A stretch of DNA of 62,868 bases, filler included, from Globobulimina sp. (Eukaryota): NCBI GenBank assembly GCA_003354225.1. It is 31 parts of 31 records of this genome, joined end to end, with 100 filler letters (N's around TTAATTAATTAA, not from the genome) between each part and the next. Parts side by side here need not be neighbours in the genome. Positions count along the whole stretch, not along the records: positions 10,161 to 12,092 come from PIVH01010455.1; positions 12,193 to 14,124 come from PIVH01010456.1; positions 14,225 to 16,156 come from PIVH01010457.1; positions 16,257 to 18,188 come from PIVH01010458.1; positions 18,289 to 20,220 come from PIVH01010459.1; positions 20,321 to 22,252 come from PIVH01010460.1; 25 more parts are not named here. One strand, written 5' to 3'. The notes below the pieces were generated by a model, which worked only from the letters and a program-made list of their open reading frames with translations, was not told the DNA's origin and made no database searches. Shown here piece after piece: positions 10,163 to 22,352 of the stretch. Numbering within the stretch: position 1 is the first letter of the stretch; each line of letters begins with the position of its first letter. Both the position numbers and the translations under genes were made by a program.

Positions 10163-12019
10163 CGAAGATTTCTTAAATATTTAATGTCTTTACCAATTCC
10201 TCAATTTAAAAATATTAAAATTAATGAAGAAATTTTGAATTCTTTGCCTGAAGGAGGAATTCCCGAATTCATTGTATCAAAAAAATGCATAAATATTTTG
10301 TCCGGTTTCACCGCAATAAAATCAAACTTAAATATCAAATCATACGCGAACATGGCAATAAATCTGACATTGCACAAATTCCACGACAATTTAGAGAAAT
10401 TCCCAACAATCGCGGACGTGGAAGAGGCCGAGGTCGAAACCATAGATACAAACCCTTCCAATCCCGATATAGATACAAAAACATCGGAAGAAGGCGTGGT
10501 ATTTCACGTGGCCGAGCCCGTGGAACTGAAAAATGTCAACGCCGCGGACGTGGACGAGGACGCGGAAGAGGCCGTTATTCAAAACAAATCCGTGGATATA
10601 ACCCACGGCGTACGCGATATAGACGGCGTTATAGCAGATACTCAAAAAACGCGCGCAACAAAAGACAAATATATTGATAATGGTCATATTATTTGTCATT
10701 TCGATATGACCATTAAAATACACATTAGCTGCTATAATATCGTCGAAAATATCATATTAAATGTCATCAAAACGCATTCATCCAAATACCACAACCGATC
10801 TACCACAAAAATTAATAATTTATGTCCTCCGCTACATAGAATCCTTAACATGTCAACAAAAGAACGCCTCTCCACTATAAATAATAAGAAATACATCAAA
10901 TCACAAAAATTAGCATTTAAAAAATTAGTTAAAATATATAATAAACAACATCTGAAATATCTGACTATTAATAAATGCACACTTCAACAAACAATGGATT
11001 TGAATGACAAATATCAACAATTTTTAGATTATATTAAATGTAAACAATACAAACACCTCAAAACTCTGCGCGTAGTCAACAAACCAACCGCTTCCATCGA
11101 AGATATCCAAATATTGAGTAACATCAATAACATTTTCCCAGATCTATATATCGGAAATTCCGACAAAAATCTGGGTCCAATTATTAATATAAAAAATGAT
11201 TGGAACAATCTTAACATTGATACCATTGAAAAATGCAAATATTACAAAACAATCTCAGTCAATGAACAAGAAACGACTTGGATTACTGATGAAATATTAG
11301 TAAATATCCATCATTTAATATTGGAAATTTTAAAAAATGAAAATTTCAAACATTTATTTGTAAATCGCAAGCGAATAATTAATAAAATACACACAATTTT
11401 CTATAATCTGCCTACACATCAACCAATATCGAAGGCGCACAAATTTAATACTGATAAAACACCAAAATTAGCCGCCAGACCACTCATTAACTGCGAGAAT
11501 TGTATATATGTTCCCACGTCGACGTGGAGTGGCGAACATAGCCACAAATTACTTTTATTAATTTGTAAGAAGTTTAATTTTTACACAGACAAATCAAATG
11601 TCATTGAATTAACATCTATGATTTTCAAAACTAATCAATTTATTTCAAATAATAACATCGATGTAAATGATTTAATATTAATCAATGCAGACATGAAAGA
11701 TATGTACAACACGCTTTCATGGACTTATTTAAAATCTGCCATCACATTTTGTAGAAATTATTTAGACGACAATGAATTCCCTGACATTGAATTTGAGTGT
11801 CACCTAAAAATCATAAACTTACATCAACACAACACATATTTCACCGCATTTAAAGGTAAATATTTAATTCAACAATCAACACAAATACAAGGATTGGCAG
11901 GAGCCGGTAAGCGATGCCGACTCATTATTACTTGCGCTGAAATTATGAATAAAAAACGTATCCAATTACTATATATTATGCTTATTGCATTAATGTGCAA
12001 AACAAATGATACTTGGTGA
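10163..12019 (+). mobile_element. Penelope-like retroelement reverse transcriptase ORF, partial and probably decayed
   Basis: PLE-type motifs SDKNLGPII, PISKAHK...RPLIN, ADMKDMY, NTYFTAFKGKYLIQ...QG; the ORF stops at a TGA near where the YxDD motif is expected. Confidence 0.75.
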
Positions 12020-12318
12020 TATAAGATAACTTTTAGCCACCATTCACGTGGTAAACTTTATTTTTGCTCATTCCTTCAGGATGTTGAGATACNNNNNNNN
12101 NNNNNNNNNNNNNNNNNNNNNNNNNNNNNNNNNNNNTTAATTAATTAANNNNNNNNNNNNNNNNNNNNNNNNNNNNNNNNNNNNNNNNNNNNTACATTTA
12201 TATCGGTAAGGGATATTGTTGTTAAGGTATAAGTAGAATTTTTTGCATTTTTCACGTAAATTAATAGAATTATATGTTTTTTGTCTGTGATAATTAGCGA
12301 TTACATCATGATCAATGG

Positions 12319-13092
12319 TTGAAAATCTTGCGGTTTTGGCATAAAGTGAATGAAGGATTTTTCTGTAAACATTTAATTGCTTCAGGTCAGATATCGAGAA
12401 ACGATCAATTATGTATTTGCGCCATGATAAGTAATCTGATGAATGAAAAGACAAATTTTAAAAATAAAAAATATGACACGCGAATTCCAAAATATATGCA
12501 GAAATTGTTTAATGTGTTGGGCGGCAATGGATTTTTATGGATTATTCAGGGCGAATATGATTTATTTATTCCAAAATTAAAAAAATATCTTTTGGATTCC
12601 GCCTCTCCATTTATTGCATATTTGAGCAAATATAAATATATCACAGTGAGATATGCGCAAATATTTAATTGGTTTGTTAATTCAATTGATATCAATCAAT
12701 TATTTTTAAATACACGTCCATGGATAAAATCTGATAAATATAAAATATTTCTCAACGATTCAAGCGATTATTTATTATTCCATTTTGAAGCACAAAATAA
12801 GGCAAAATCGAATTTATTCCGAATAAAATTGATAATGGATTATAAACAACCATATGTGTCGAGTATATCGTTTGGCAATGGATTATTTATTGAAAAATTA
12901 CAATTTGATAATTATAGTTATGGGGAATTAACGCAACATAAATCTTTTAATATGTCTCTTCATTCGTTATTTAAAACAGATTTATTAAAAGAAAAAGATA
13001 TTCAAAATGGATTTAATTTAAAATTACAAATTCAATTATTTTCTATTAAAAATAAAAATGGAGAGTTAATTAATATTAATCCACATCAATAA
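12319..13092 (+). CDS. Hypothetical protein, 5' partial (probable upstream exon)
   Basis: 257-aa open frame; candidate intron at about 12227-12297. Confidence 0.55.
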   Translation: MKILRFWHKVNEGFFCKHLIASGQISRNDQLCICAMISNLMNEKTNFKNKKYDTRIPKYMQKLFNVLGGNGFLWIIQGEYDLFIPKLKKYLLDSASPFIAYLSKYKYITVRYAQIFNWFVNSIDINQLFLNTRPWIKSDKYKIFLNDSSDYLLFHFEAQNKAKSNLFRIKLIMDYKQPYVSSISFGNGLFIEKLQFDNYSYGELTQHKSFNMSLHSLFKTDLLKEKDIQNGFNLKLQIQLFSIKNKNGELININPHQ

Positions 13093-13430
13093 ATTATAAA
13101 TCAATCCCTTTTTTTTTCTTTATTTTTTCATTTGTTATAATTAAATATTTTTTTTAATGAAATTCTTATTTTTATAGCTTTAGATTCTTATTCATTTTAT
13201 TTCATCAAAAAAAATAAAAATGTATGTTTTTTTTTGTCCTTTTTTAATATTGTTTTTTTTTTGTTTTTTTTATTCACATATAATTGATTATGTTTTATTT
13301 ATAGTCATTATTTTAATGTTCCTGTTTGTCTTGCCATTACATTTATTTTAAAGAACTCTTAATTTTATATATCATAATATTAATTATATAAAAAAACGCG
13401 GAGAATCGCGTAAGTATTTTTTGAAGATGT

Positions 13431-14124
13431 CTAATAAATATCGATTGCAAAATTGACTGATCCTAACATTGAAGTGTCAAAATTATTTGGTATCACCACT
13501 TTGTTTGAAGTTTTTTGTATCAAATCAATGTAATAAACACCACTTGTTGTTAACACGACAATTTCTGTCCCATTACTATTTACATCACCACTGAAATATT
13601 TATCACTTATTGGAATTACTGAAACCACCTCCAAATTAATACACGATGTAACATCCAAACTAGTTTCATCATAGAATAATTTACCAATAAGCCATGTTTT
13701 ATTATCTTTAGTGATAAAATATGAATACAATTGTAAACTTACATAGAATGTATCAATCACACCATTACCAAATGCACATTGCGCATCACCATAAGTTGAA
13801 ATTGTTTGTAAACTGTCGTCATAGATCGCATATGTATAATTTGCTCCAATATTTCGATAAAATATAATCAAATTACCAAAATTTTGAAATATACCAGTAA
13901 TTATGGAATAATTTCTTGCAACAAATTCGTCGGATACGGGTATTCTATAAACATGTGCTCTTTGCTCGATGGGGGACTCAAAAACCCAAAATATTTCCAT
14001 CAAATAGTTTTTATTTGGGTTATAACTGATTGTAACAGCACCAGCCGGGAAATCCATTAATTGCAAGCAATAATAATTGACTGTCTGATTTGGATATGTC
14101 GCGACCATATACCGATCGCCCGCT
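13431..14124 (-). CDS. Hypothetical protein, probably extracellular, 5' partial
   Basis: 225-aa ORF starting next to the contig edge; rich in aromatics, several N-x-S/T sites. Confidence 0.5.
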
Positions 14125-14446
14125 NNNNNNNNNNNNNNNNNNNNNNNNNNNNNNNNNNNNNNNNNNNNTTAATTAATTAANNNNNNNNNNNNNNNNNNNN
14201 NNNNNNNNNNNNNNNNNNNNNNNNGACTCGATGTAGATAAATATATTTGCATACAAACCCCTTTAGAGATCCTATACACTCGATCATAGGATCCAAGCAC
14301 TCGAACTCAAGGCGAATTCGACCGGATAAATTCCAAAGGTCTAGTATAGCTCCTCCCTTTTGTAGTGATTTGTCATTTACACACAACCGAAAAACAACTG
14401 TATATACAGACCAATGTTGAACCATCCAATGACTGGACAGATGTCG

Positions 14447-15168
14447 TCAAAATTTCTGGAGAAGTTGTACTCGTACTCGTAGGCGTTCAGGTCGGGAGTC
14501 AGTGATGGACGATGTGATTGGAGATGCAGTCGGTGATACCAATGTAAATTGTGTTGGTGACATAGTGGGTGCTTCTGTCGGCATTGGTACTTTATCAAAG
14601 CATAAACTGCTGATATCATTATACTGCGAAATAAATGTAATATGCGATGGCAAAACAAATATAAATACGTTGACATTTATTAATATTAAATCAAACACAG
14701 CAAACATAAATCCATGAATGCCCTCAGACATAGAGCCAAACATTTCACTCTGAGCGCATTTGCCACAAAATAAAATTAATAAACTTATGATATCTAATAC
14801 TCCTTCCACTGTATCTAAAATTAATATTGTTTCAAACTGTCCCTTTAAATCTAACAATGTCAGCGTAGTATCGTCAGAATAACATCCATTGTCATACAAT
14901 GCAAATATAGCATCCACCAAATTTGTGGCACTGATAAGTACAACGATTGTTAATGTAATCACAATATCAATAAAACTACCAATGACTGTCAGAAAAAGCA
15001 CAGGTTTCTTTGCATAATTAATTGCTGCTTTATCTGATTTTTTATCCTCTTCTTCGTTATCTGATTTTTTATACTTCTTTTTATATAAAATTATAAATAC
15101 CAACACCGACATAAAAACAAAAAGATAATCGCTAATTAATGATGCGATGTTTTTCGAGGCTGGGCAAT
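14447..15168 (-). CDS. Multi-pass membrane protein with a Pro/Thr-rich tail
   Basis: Four hydrophobic segments; the frame extends upstream to a CTAATCAG acceptor; PT(x)xP repeats. Confidence 0.55.
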
Positions 15169-15172
15169 CTGA

Positions 15173-15250
15173 TTAGTTACTAAGTAACTATTTAGTTACT
15201 ATTTAGTAACTATTTAGAAACTATTTAGTAACTATTTAGAAACTATTTAG
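15173..15250 (+). repeat. 11-bp minisatellite (TAACTATTTAG), about 7 copies, probably intronic
   Basis: Visible tandem units next to the predicted splice acceptor. Confidence 0.85.
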
Positions 15251-15394
15251 TCAAAACACCGCCACAGTCACAGTCGTCGTAATATCATAATTATTATTCC
15301 CATACCCATACAAAAGCAAAAATAACATATATTAAATACCAGAAAGTAAAAAAATACAAATAATAGAAAGAAAGAAACGAAATAGAAATCAAAA

Positions 15395-16006
15395 TCAACT
15401 ACTAATTTCTTCATTTTTTTGACAATCATCACATAAAATTTCATATTCTTTATCTTCTTTGTTTGCTAAAATACAATCCCAATGATACCAAAAACCACAA
15501 ATTCCATCGCATCCAACTTGTACACCATCCTTATCGCATACTTGACACCAATTCGTATTCAAAATGTATAATAACACTTTACTTGTAATATTATTACGAT
15601 TATAATCCGTATCACATTCCTCATTATATTCATCTATTAATTTATCAATTTGCACTTCAACTTCATCCAATTTTGCAATGATTTTTTGTGGTTTATGTTT
15701 CAATTTAATCCCACTAAATTCTGTAAATATTTTCATCTTTTTTCCCGTTGATTTTTTCTTTTTTTTCTTTGCTTTTTTCTTTTTTGATTTATTATTATTT
15801 TTGTTATCAATTTTTTTCTTTTTTGTCTTTGATTTTTTCTTTTTTGATTTATTATTATTTTTGTCATCAATTTCCTCATTTAATATTGCAGCAACATCAA
15901 CAATTTTCTTTTTTTTCTTTTTTCTTTTTTGAATTGGTTTTGCAAATAAATCCGTATCAATAATATGTTCAGAAGGTGCCGGTGTTGATCTGTGTATATT
16001 TAACAA
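15395..16006 (-). CDS. Lys-rich protein with C-terminal PHD finger
   Basis: CQVC...VGCDGICGFWYHWDC...CDDC (C4HC3); 60-bp internal duplication in the poly-Lys region. Confidence 0.75.
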   Translation of the reverse strand: MLNIHRSTPAPSEHIIDTDLFAKPIQKRKKKKKKIVDVAAILNEEIDDKNNNKSKKKKSKTKKKKIDNKNNNKSKKKKAKKKKKKSTGKKMKIFTEFSGIKLKHKPQKIIAKLDEVEVQIDKLIDEYNEECDTDYNRNNITSKVLLYILNTNWCQVCDKDGVQVGCDGICGFWYHWDCILANKEDKEYEILCDDCQKNEEISS

Positions 16007-16332
16007 AACGAAACAAAATTCAGTACATACGTACTGGTTGAAATAAATAAAAATAAATACATGAAAAAATGATTTTTTATTTTTTGAATAATTATATTTT
16101 TATCTAAATTGGCAAAATCAGTAATTTTATAAATATCATTAATAATATCTATATTCNNNNNNNNNNNNNNNNNNNNNNNNNNNNNNNNNNNNNNNNNNNN
16201 TTAATTAATTAANNNNNNNNNNNNNNNNNNNNNNNNNNNNNNNNNNNNNNNNNNNNAAATATAACTAAAATTAATTTAAAAATTATAATTATGTAAACTT
16301 TAAAGTGATTTTTGAGTATAAGTAACTGAACA

Positions 16333-17535
16333 ATGGCAACTGAAACAATGGCAACTGAAACAATGGCAACTGAACAAGGACAAGTAAAGCACAATCCAGA
16401 CGATGTCGACATGAAAGAACAATCATTTCATTCATTTGGAGGTGATGATCAATTGCCAACATCCAGTTCATTCCAGTTATCATCACAAGAACAGTATCTT
16501 AATGATAACCGCAATACAAACAATGTGGCCTTAGTCATTACGCCATGTAAATCATCAGAGCCACAACCACAAACACCATCAATTCCAAACACTCAATTAC
16601 GGAATTTAACCATTTCAACGCCGATTGAAAACAAGACAGAAAACAAGGAAAACAAGACAGAAATTGAAGAAATAGAAAGCAATACAAACAATGCAAAGAC
16701 ACATCATTCATTAATAAATGATGCAAATGCATATATTTCAATTATTGATAATAAACGTTTGGCAAAAATATCGCAAATAAATGCAAATAAAACATATAAT
16801 CGAATACAAGCAAAAGATGTGAATAAATTTAAGAGTGAGATTCAATCAATTTTGAATAATGCAATACATCGAAAAAAGAAAAAATTGCAAAACAATGATA
16901 AAAATAATAAAGTATCGGATGACGAAAAAAAGAATAATGCGAAGAATAAGAGCATCCCAAATAAGTACAAACTAGCCATCATAGAAAAGGCATTGACAGC
17001 GTGTTATGCCCAATTAGTAAATTTAAATGAGCGCTTTTTACAGCCGGCGCAAAATACGAATCACATCAAACCGCAAAGTAATAAACAACAAATGTCAGAA
17101 AATAAAAAGGAAATAAAAATGCAAATTAAAGCTATTAAAACGCAAATTAATGAAAGAAAAGAAAAATTAATGGATCAGATTCAAATGTTAAATACGTTGC
17201 GATCAAAAACAAAAGAAATTGAAATCGAAATACCACAACAAGTTAAAAATAAAATGGTGAAAAATATTAATTATAATAATGAGAATAATAATAATATTAT
17301 TTCTCCATTGAAACAAGAGCGAACAATGGAGATTGATGATAATGAGAATAAGAATCGTAATATTCGATTGTCGATGGCCTCATCGATTGAATCAACCATT
17401 CACGGCGCAGTTTCATCGGACATTTTTGATAAATTTAATCGTAAACAAATAAAACAGAAACTAAGTTTTACTGCAATGCAAAATGTATCCAATGGGGATC
17501 CAAACTGGCTACAAACAAATGATATTGACTTGTGA
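16333..17535 (+). CDS. Hypothetical coiled-coil protein (400 aa) with N-terminal MATET x3 repeat
   Basis: Long ORF; a 15-bp tandem repeat provides three in-frame ATGs. Confidence 0.65.
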   Translation: MATETMATETMATEQGQVKHNPDDVDMKEQSFHSFGGDDQLPTSSSFQLSSQEQYLNDNRNTNNVALVITPCKSSEPQPQTPSIPNTQLRNLTISTPIENKTENKENKTEIEEIESNTNNAKTHHSLINDANAYISIIDNKRLAKISQINANKTYNRIQAKDVNKFKSEIQSILNNAIHRKKKKLQNNDKNNKVSDDEKKNNAKNKSIPNKYKLAIIEKALTACYAQLVNLNERFLQPAQNTNHIKPQSNKQQMSENKKEIKMQIKAIKTQINERKEKLMDQIQMLNTLRSKTKEIEIEIPQQVKNKMVKNINYNNENNNNIISPLKQERTMEIDDNENKNRNIRLSMASSIESTIHGAVSSDIFDKFNRKQIKQKLSFTAMQNVSNGDPNWLQTNDIDL

Positions 17536-18677
17536 TTTGATGATTTTTTTTGACTCATTTTGACGCATAATAAACTATTTAACTCTTTGGGTGATGGACA
17601 GATCGCTTTAAAAAGGCTTTGGGATCGCCAAACATACACATTTGACTGAGATTTCCTTTTTCCGACAAACATGTTGCGACATCTTCACCGATCGGAGATA
17701 GGCCTTGTGAACGGATTCTCGTATATTTATTAAACCTAAATAATTAGAAAACACGTGACATAGCATCACAAAACAAATTACAAAACACAGCAAAAAAGTT
17801 TAATTTGTAAATTTGGTCACAAAACACACAAATATATAATTATATTACATCCTAATCTGATAATCATCTGATCTACAAACTACATTTTGATATAATTAAA
17901 GCATTTTCTTTTTTTTGAATTTTCCAATGTTGTTTACAAATGGCAGTTTGAAATTTAATAAAATTTGAACAAAATGAATATGCGTTATTAATACCAGTCA
18001 AATATATTTTATTTAGTTCTGAATAGTTTAAATTGTTGATTTTTTCTAAAATTGATGTTAATAATGGTATGTACTGATTGTTAATATCACCGATTGATTG
18101 ACATTCAATCTCTTTTATATGTTTAAATATGCAATTAATTCGATAAAATGATAATAAATTATTTACACTTTTATTCTCCAATAAAATGNNNNNNNNNNNN
18201 NNNNNNNNNNNNNNNNNNNNNNNNNNNNNNNNTTAATTAATTAANNNNNNNNNNNNNNNNNNNNNNNNNNNNNNNNNNNNNNNNNNNNAAGGTAATAAAT
18301 TGTTCACAATGCAGTGAATGCACTATCTCCGATTTTTAAAATTATTTGTCTAGAAAAATATAGAAACTTTGAAAAAGTTAAATTGTGCATTTGGCGAATA
18401 AATGTGTCAGATTACATTTAGTCATTACATTTTTCACATTTCCATAATATCGATGTATGACTTGCACATAAACGAAATTCTGTTTTACATTTAGGACATC
18501 TAATCAATCCATGATGTTTATCTTTATTACAAACAAAATTAAGACAGTCGGCAAACTCACATGCTACAAATCCATGATATAATTCACCAATATCTTTTAA
18601 TTCAGTATCCCATTCCGCACGTTTTTTCCAATAACTAAAACAATCACATTTAATATCAATATTACAATCATCACATT

Positions 18678-19325
18678 TTAATTTAAATGATCGTCAGAGT
18701 CATTAGGTTCACCCATAAAATATTCATGATGTTGGCAACAAGTTTCCCAACTTTGTGGATCTGTATTTTCGGCGCAAACAAGGCATACAAATTCTCGACA
18801 TGATTTACAATACGAAAACTCACTAAACCCACATCCCAAGCCTTCATGATCCATTTGCTCCTCACATATGTTAAATCTTTTGTTACAAACCGTACATATT
18901 TGATAGTTTGGAATATAAATTGTTGCGCCACATTTACAATTATTCGGATCTAAATTCTCAGCACATTCCATACATATTATCCAACATCGGTCATCAACAT
19001 CTGCGCTAACACAAATTCCTTCATATTTCCCAGTCCTCAGTTGACTGTATAATATACCAATATTCTGATCACAATGTCTACATTGATGCCATTCTCCAGT
19101 TGCATATTCAGCTATTTCTTTACGTATTCCTCGTGGTAAAATATTAACAACAGATGAATTCTCAATTGATTTGGATATGCGTTGGAAATCGTGCTGATCA
19201 TAGTCAGAATATTCATAATTTGTAAATATTTTAGATGATTCAATAGCTATGTTATTCATTTTTTGTTTTTTCGCAGGTGGTTCCTCGGCTTGGTCATTTG
19301 CATCTGTTTCAAGTTTCCGTTTCAT
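18678..19325 (-). CDS. Cys-rich (multiple CxxC) putative zinc-binding protein with NLS
   Basis: PPAKKQK NLS-like motif; CRHC, CMEC, CTVC, CKSC, CLVC. Confidence 0.65.
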   Translation of the reverse strand: MKRKLETDANDQAEEPPAKKQKMNNIAIESSKIFTNYEYSDYDQHDFQRISKSIENSSVVNILPRGIRKEIAEYATGEWHQCRHCDQNIGILYSQLRTGKYEGICVSADVDDRCWIICMECAENLDPNNCKCGATIYIPNYQICTVCNKRFNICEEQMDHEGLGCGFSEFSYCKSCREFVCLVCAENTDPQSWETCCQHHEYFMGEPNDSDDHLN

Positions 19326-19422
19326 TCTCGACTAAATTGATAGATCGAAGCGATTAATTCACAGGCGGGATGGTTCCGAGTTAAGATTTTGTGGATGTAA
19401 AAACTTTATTGTTGGTTTTACC

Positions 19423-20220
19423 ATGGCATCTGATGCTCACAATGATATTGAAGATTTAAAACCAAAGGAAACACCAACAGCTCAACATTTTGATTCTTGT
19501 GATGTAACAAAAAAACCAAAATTGCCCATTACACCCAATACATTTGATGATAAAAACCGAAGTTTATGTGAATTATCCACATTAAATGGAGGCATCCCCG
19601 GATCACATTCAGTTTACATTAAAACATGGGGTTGTTCGCACAATTGGAGTGATTCTGAGTATATGGCCGGATTGTTAATGGAAAATGGCTACAAAGTAAC
19701 CTTTGAGGATTCTGACTCATTCGATGCAAACATATGGATATTAAACAGTTGCACCGTCAAAGGAAGAGCACAAAACCTGTTTGAAACTGCACTAAAAAAG
19801 GCAATAACATTAAAAAAATACGTAATAACTGCCGGCTGTGTCCCCTCTGGTGATAAACATAATAATTTATGGTCCAAGGTATCCATAATCGGAGTACAAC
19901 AAATTGACAAAATAGCATACGTCGTCGCACAAACCTTAGCTGGAAACACTGTGCAATTATTCAAAAACACTAAAAACGAAAATAAAAAAACTCCGCCAAC
20001 CTTATCAATGCCTAAAATGCGAAGAAATAAATTTGAGGAAATCGTACCAATCAACACAGGCTGTTTAAATCAGGTATGTCATATTCATATTTTCCTGAAC
20101 TTTCCCCACAAATTCTATCATAATGCCATTATTTGTGCATTGTATAGTGTACGTATTGTAAGACCAAGCATGCTCGCGGCGATCTGAAATCCTATACAAG
20201 ACAAGAAATAATTGATCGAA
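19423..20220 (+). CDS. CDKAL1: tRNA t6A methylthiotransferase (CDKAL1/MtaB family), 3' partial; intron 20074-20147
   Basis: KTWGCSHNWSDSEYMAG, LNSCTVK, AGCVP; splicing gives the radical-SAM motif GCLNQCTYCKTKHARG. Confidence 0.92.
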
Positions 20221-20320
20221 NNNNNNNNNNNNNNNNNNNNNNNNNNNNNNNNNNNNNNNNNNNNTTAATTAATTAANNNNNNNNNNNNNNNNNNNNNNNN
20301 NNNNNNNNNNNNNNNNNNNN

Positions 20321-22198
20321 CAATAACAGATATACACAAATTAAATGAAGGCTGCCACAAACCAGTGATATCCGCAATTCATGGCACCGCATTAGGCGGC
20401 GGTTTCGAAGTTGCTCTCGCCACTCATTATAGAATAGCAACAAGTCGCTCCTTCATTGGTTTACCCGAAGTGAATATCGGTATATTGCCAGGTGCCGGAG
20501 GTACACAACGATTGCCTCGTTTGGTTGGGCCAATGATTGCTGCCGAAATTATTTGTTCTGGCAAACATATTCCTGCTCAAACCGCACACAAATACGGTAT
20601 CTTGGATGATATTGTTCGTGTCGATAAACATGAAACTTTATCTGCGGAACGTTGTAAATTACGTGAAAGAGCAATCACATTTGCATTAAATGCTGCAAAC
20701 AATGATATTTCATCTCGAATTGTATCGAAACGACAGTGTCCTAAAATGGATAAACTGTTTTATGAAAAGGTATGATTAAAATAATACGTTTGCAGTGCAG
20801 TGAAAAGGCAACGTTTGTCAACAGCTTTCGGCTCAGTTTGCGAAAAAAAGGAAAGGTTGGCTATCTCCGCAATTATGTTTGGAATCAATTCGTGCGGCAC
20901 AAAATGCATCGACTTTTGAAGAAGGTCTAATCGAAGAACGCAAAAATTCGTATAAATTGGCGACCGGACCACAATCTCGAGCGTTGCAACATTTTTTTTT
21001 TAGTCAACGAATGTGTGCAAAAATACCCAGTATTGATAAGAATTTGCGCGCTTTGGACATTACATCAGTTGGAATTGTTGGTTGTGGTACGATGGGTGGT
21101 GGCATTTTGATGAGTTTTATTGAAGCAAATATCCCGGTGATTGTGCTAGAAATTGAACAAAAATATTTAGACAAAGGCTTAGCAGTAATTAAAAAACGTT
21201 GGATGAGACAAGTGGCAAAAGGCAGATTATCAAGGCAAAAATACGAAAAATATATCAGTTCAGAATTATTAACACCAACATTGAGTTACAATGATTTTGC
21301 AAATGTTGACATTGTGATCGAGGCTGTATTCGAAAGACCAGATATTAAACAGAAAGTATTTAAAAAATTAGATGCCGTTTGTAAGCCGTCATGCATTTTA
21401 GCGTCAAATACGTCGTTTATTCCGATTGAAATTATGGCGCAAGCGACAAAACGAGCAAATAAGGTGATTGGCTGTCATTTTTTTGCTCCGGCAAATAAGA
21501 TGAAATTGATAGAAAATGTGAGATTTGAAGGTGGCTCGGACGATGTTACATGTTTAACTGTGCAAAAAATGGCAAAGCGCATTGGCAAAGTTGGTGTGTT
21601 GGTGGCTTCGTGTCCCGGCTTTGTCGGTAACAGAATGGCATCGCGGAGAGGTATGGAAGTGGAGCAGTTATTGTTGGAAGGCGCGACACCAAAACAAATA
21701 GATTTTGTGTGTACTGAAGTCGTTGGCTGCAAAATGGGGACGGTGCAAACGCTCGATTTGAGCGGTTTGGATTTATTTTATAATGCTAAAAAAGTTAAAT
21801 CCATTGCCGATAATTTGGTGTCTAGTTTTAATCGAAGAGGACTAAAAAATGGCAAAGGATTTTACGATTATCCAAATTTATCCAAAGGTGACAGAACAGC
21901 AGTTTCGTCCGAGATTGTTCACGATGTAATTGTAGAATTGGCAAAAAAAAAGAAAATTGAAAGAAGAAACATTTCGAATCAAGAAATTATGGAACGATTA
22001 TTTTATACATTAATTAATGAAGGATTTAATGTTTTGTCGGAAAATATTGCATTGCGTCCATCGGATATTGATATTGTGCATATTTTTGGTTATGGCTTTC
22101 CAGAATATCGAGGAGGGCCAATGTATTGGGCTCAGAATGAAATCGGATTTAAAAACTTATATAATGCATTGTCAAAATATTATACCAAATATAATTAA
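20321..22198 (+). CDS. Bifunctional enoyl-CoA hydratase/3-hydroxyacyl-CoA dehydrogenase, 5' partial; intron 20770-20824
   Basis: ALGGGFEVAL, LPEVNIGILPGAGGTQRLPR; GCGTMGGGI, IEAVFE, ASNTS, HFFAPA, GFVGNR, GYGFPEYRGGPM; the intron joins the two ORFs in frame. Confidence 0.93.
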
Positions 22199-22352
22199 AT
22201 TGTCGACAAGCGACGTAGACTCCTGGGTAGGAATTAATTTATTTCCTCAATTNNNNNNNNNNNNNNNNNNNNNNNNNNNNNNNNNNNNNNNNNNNNTTAA
22301 TTAATTAANNNNNNNNNNNNNNNNNNNNNNNNNNNNNNNNNNNNNNNNNNNN

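Noticed and set aside
20321-22198. Bacterial fadB contaminant
   Set aside because: Contains a spliceosomal GT-AG intron and matches host base composition.
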